From: Lentisphaeria bacterium
GTDB lineage: Bacteria > Verrucomicrobiota > Lentisphaeria > JABSQK01 > JAWLHB01
Direction: 5' to 3'
Length of the DNA stretch: 64,000 bases
NCBI GenBank assembly: GCA_041690595.1
Contig: JAWLHB010000028.1
Location: forward strand, 1 to 64,000
Positions 61,754 to 64,000 of this stretch are shown here, one piece after another (position 1 is the first letter of the stretch; each line of letters opens with the position of its first letter). The position numbers were made by a program, and so were the translations under genes. The notes below the pieces were generated by a model. The model did not search any database, was not told the origin of the DNA, and saw nothing but the letters and a program-made list of their open reading frames with translations.

Positions 61754-64000
61754 CTAATCGGCCGTCGTGACAGGAGCAAGAAGCAGGCGGAAACCGATGT
61801 TGTCGTAGCTGTCCGACGGATCCGCGTAATTGTGACCCTTGATTTCGATCACCAGCACGGTTCGATAGACGTCCGACCAGGAGCCGCCATAAACTGCGCG
61901 GCCGCCATCCTTTTCGTCACTCGTCCATTCCCAGACGTTACCGGCCATCCCCACCAGCCCCCACTCGTTCTCGCCGCTCCTGGCGACGTCGCAGGTGGCA
62001 GGATACTCGTCCTGATGCCCGTCCAGCTTCCACGTGGTCGGGAACATCTCCTGGTTGCCGAAATTACCGAACTTTGGCGGCCACTCGTTGCCCCAGGGAT
62101 ACATCCGCTCCTTACCGCAGCGCGCCATCGACTTCCATTCCTCCGCGGTCGGCAGGCGGAATTCGTACCCGGGGGGCAGGTTGTCGCTCTGGCGCAACGT
62201 CGCATTGAGCCAGGCACAGTACGCCATGGCATCGAAATAGCTTATCCAGCAGACCGGCTGGTCATCTCCGTCCAAGGTGAAACCATCTTCCGTCTTCTTG
62301 CTGCTGTGCGTCGGTTTGTACTTCCGGTACTGGCCGTTCGTCACTTCGTATCTGCCGGCCCACAGTCGGGCATCCTCCAGCCACACCAACTCGATGCCGA
62401 TCCTCGGCACCGTGAAGTTCTGCCCAGCCTCTGCTTGAAAGCGCTTCGCGATGGTCCGGATCCCTTCGCCAATCTCCGCGATCTGCCGATACTGCTCGGC
62501 GGCGAAGTCAAAGTTTTCCCGATTCATGGCGTCACGGGCCAGGGCGAGGGCGACGTCGCTCTTCACCCGCAGTTCGTCGATGGACGGATCCAGCCCGGCA
62601 AAGGGCGCAACCGCTTTAAGCACAGTGTCCGCTTCCCCGCGCAAGCTTTCAGCTTCTTCGCGGGCCAGGCGCTGCGCTTCGTTCTCCGCGTTGTGCGAGG
62701 CATCAAGCGCCTTCTTCAGCAGGTTCACCGCTTCAGCGTACGCATCCTTTTCCACGGCCACCGCCGCCCGCTCGCTCAGCTCACGGATCTGCTGGAGATG
62801 GGGCAGTTCCGCGGCGTGACGTTTCTCCCCGAGGACGGCAACCTGCTGCTTCACCGAACCCTCCAGCCGGACCGCTTCCTCCTTCATCTTGGCCAGCAGT
62901 GCCTGGCGTCGTGAGTTTTCCTCCGCCGCCAGGTTCCGCGCCTGCTCTTCCACTCGCTCGAGCAGCTCCAGGGTCTGTCGGTAGCTGGTCACGGCACGTT
63001 CATGATTCTCTTCCTTCCATGCCGCCTCTGCCTGGTCGTGCCGGCGCAGCAACTCTTCATATCCGGCAAGGCTCTTAACCTGCTCCTGTGTCGCCAGAGC
63101 AGCCAGTCTCGCCTGAAGCTCCGCCCGGATGTCCGCTGCCTGCTGGCGCAGCCGCTCTCGCCGCTCCGCACTGGCTTGTGCCAGCTCCCGCGCTTGTGCC
63201 ACCACCTGTTCGGACGTTGACAGGGCGCCGCGGAAGTGTGTCACCGCCGCCGCCCAGTCCCCCGCCTCCACGGCCGCGTTTGCCCGTTGGTGAAGCAGCT
63301 CCAACTCGTCTCCCAGCGCGACGTTCGCCGATTCCGGCAAGGTGTCGAGGATCGCCAGCTGTTCCTCCAGAGATAGCCTGAGCTTGTCAATCTCGCCCCC
63401 GCGCTCCGCCTGCAGACCGGCCATCCCCGTCAACTCTTCCGTCGTCTTCGCCCCGCCGCCAGTCGAATCCTCGCTCCCCTCGTCACGATCCTTCAGCAGG
63501 AAGAAGGCAGCGATTGCCGCCAGCAGCACGATCGCGGCTATCCCCAGCACCACCAGCACCGGCGATCTCTTCTTGTCTGGAGCCGTGCACTCCCCGCAGA
63601 GTGCCGCGGTGAATGCCCGGTTGTCACTGAAGCGCTCGCCCGGCTGCTTGGCAAGTGACCGGCGCAGGGCGGCCTGCTCCTGCTCCGCCAGGTGCTCGAC
63701 GACGGGAGGCGGTTGACTGAGCACCCGCCGGTTCATGTTCTTCAGCAGGTTCTGCTCGTTCCCCAGTTCCGTCATGTTCAGCATGGTGGTCGTGCCGCTG
63801 CTCTCGTCCTTCAGCCAGAAGGGCAGCTTGCGCGTCAACATCTCATAGGCGACGACGCCGAGGGAATACTGGTCGCAGGCAGGGGTCAAGGGTTCGCCAC
63901 GCCAAAGCTCGGGCGCCATGTAGTCGGGGCTTGCCAGGGGTATGCGCACACTGCCGCTGCTGACAATCGGTCGGCCGCTGCCTTCATCCGTTATGCCGTA
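61754..64000 (-). CDS. Ser/Thr protein kinase (5'-partial) with TM helix, coiled coil and C-terminal FGE-sulfatase (SUMF1) domain
   Basis: YMAPE...DQYSLGVVAYEML; TM segment; YEVTNGQY, RLPTAEEW, GMAGNVWEW, IGFRL; frame open to 64000. Confidence 0.9.
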   Translation of the reverse strand, partial: YGITDEGSGRPIVSSGSVRIPLASPDYMAPELWRGEPLTPACDQYSLGVVAYEMLTRKLPFWLKDESSGTTTMLNMTELGNEQNLLKNMNRRVLSQPPPVVEHLAEQEQAALRRSLAKQPGERFSDNRAFTAALCGECTAPDKKRSPVLVVLGIAAIVLLAAIAAFFLLKDRDEGSEDSTGGGAKTTEELTGMAGLQAERGGEIDKLRLSLEEQLAILDTLPESANVALGDELELLHQRANAAVEAGDWAAAVTHFRGALSTSEQVVAQARELAQASAERRERLRQQAADIRAELQARLAALATQEQVKSLAGYEELLRRHDQAEAAWKEENHERAVTSYRQTLELLERVEEQARNLAAEENSRRQALLAKMKEEAVRLEGSVKQQVAVLGEKRHAAELPHLQQIRELSERAAVAVEKDAYAEAVNLLKKALDASHNAENEAQRLAREEAESLRGEADTVLKAVAPFAGLDPSIDELRVKSDVALALARDAMNRENFDFAAEQYRQIAEIGEGIRTIAKRFQAEAGQNFTVPRIGIELVWLEDARLWAGRYEVTNGQYRKYKPTHSSKKTEDGFTLDGDDQPVCWISYFDAMAYCAWLNATLRQSDNLPPGYEFRLPTAEEWKSMARCGKERMYPWGNEWPPKFGNFGNQEMFPTTWKLDGHQDEYPATCDVARSGENEWGLVGMAGNVWEWTSDEKDGGRAVYGGSWSDVYRTVLVIEIKGHNYADPSDSYDNIGFRLLLAPVTTAD

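Overview
GC-rich bacterial chromosomal window, probably Lentisphaerota/PVC. This is inferred from the H-X9-DG prepilin-like genes, URO-D family paralogues and LacI-linked glycan enzymes. From left to right it holds: the 3' end of an Rhs polymorphic toxin with a low-GC, predicted PD-(D/E)xK nuclease tip and an LRR gene in the immunity position; a broken gene remnant and a patch of short tandem repeats; MATE, URO-D/PhyH/AraC, an atypical OmpR-type regulator and asnB; a GH110-like beta-helix protein divergent from a glycyl radical enzyme with no activase nearby; MscS/DUF432; rho with a non-canonical Walker A; carB-purF-pyrG; an ~88-bp tandem array of REP-like hairpins flanked by predicted promoters; a sigma-70 factor; a LacI-prepilin-heparinase-like module; map-infA-rpmJ-rpsM-rpsK-rpsD-rpoA-rplQ; an antiporter and USP-TPR gene; a partial T2SS cluster (gspF-G-H-I-J-K) behind a large S8 protease; an aldo/keto reductase; and a partial Ser/Thr kinase-FGE gene. 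No rRNA, tRNA, CRISPR-Cas or transposase was recognised. All calls come from reading motifs by eye; no database search was run.
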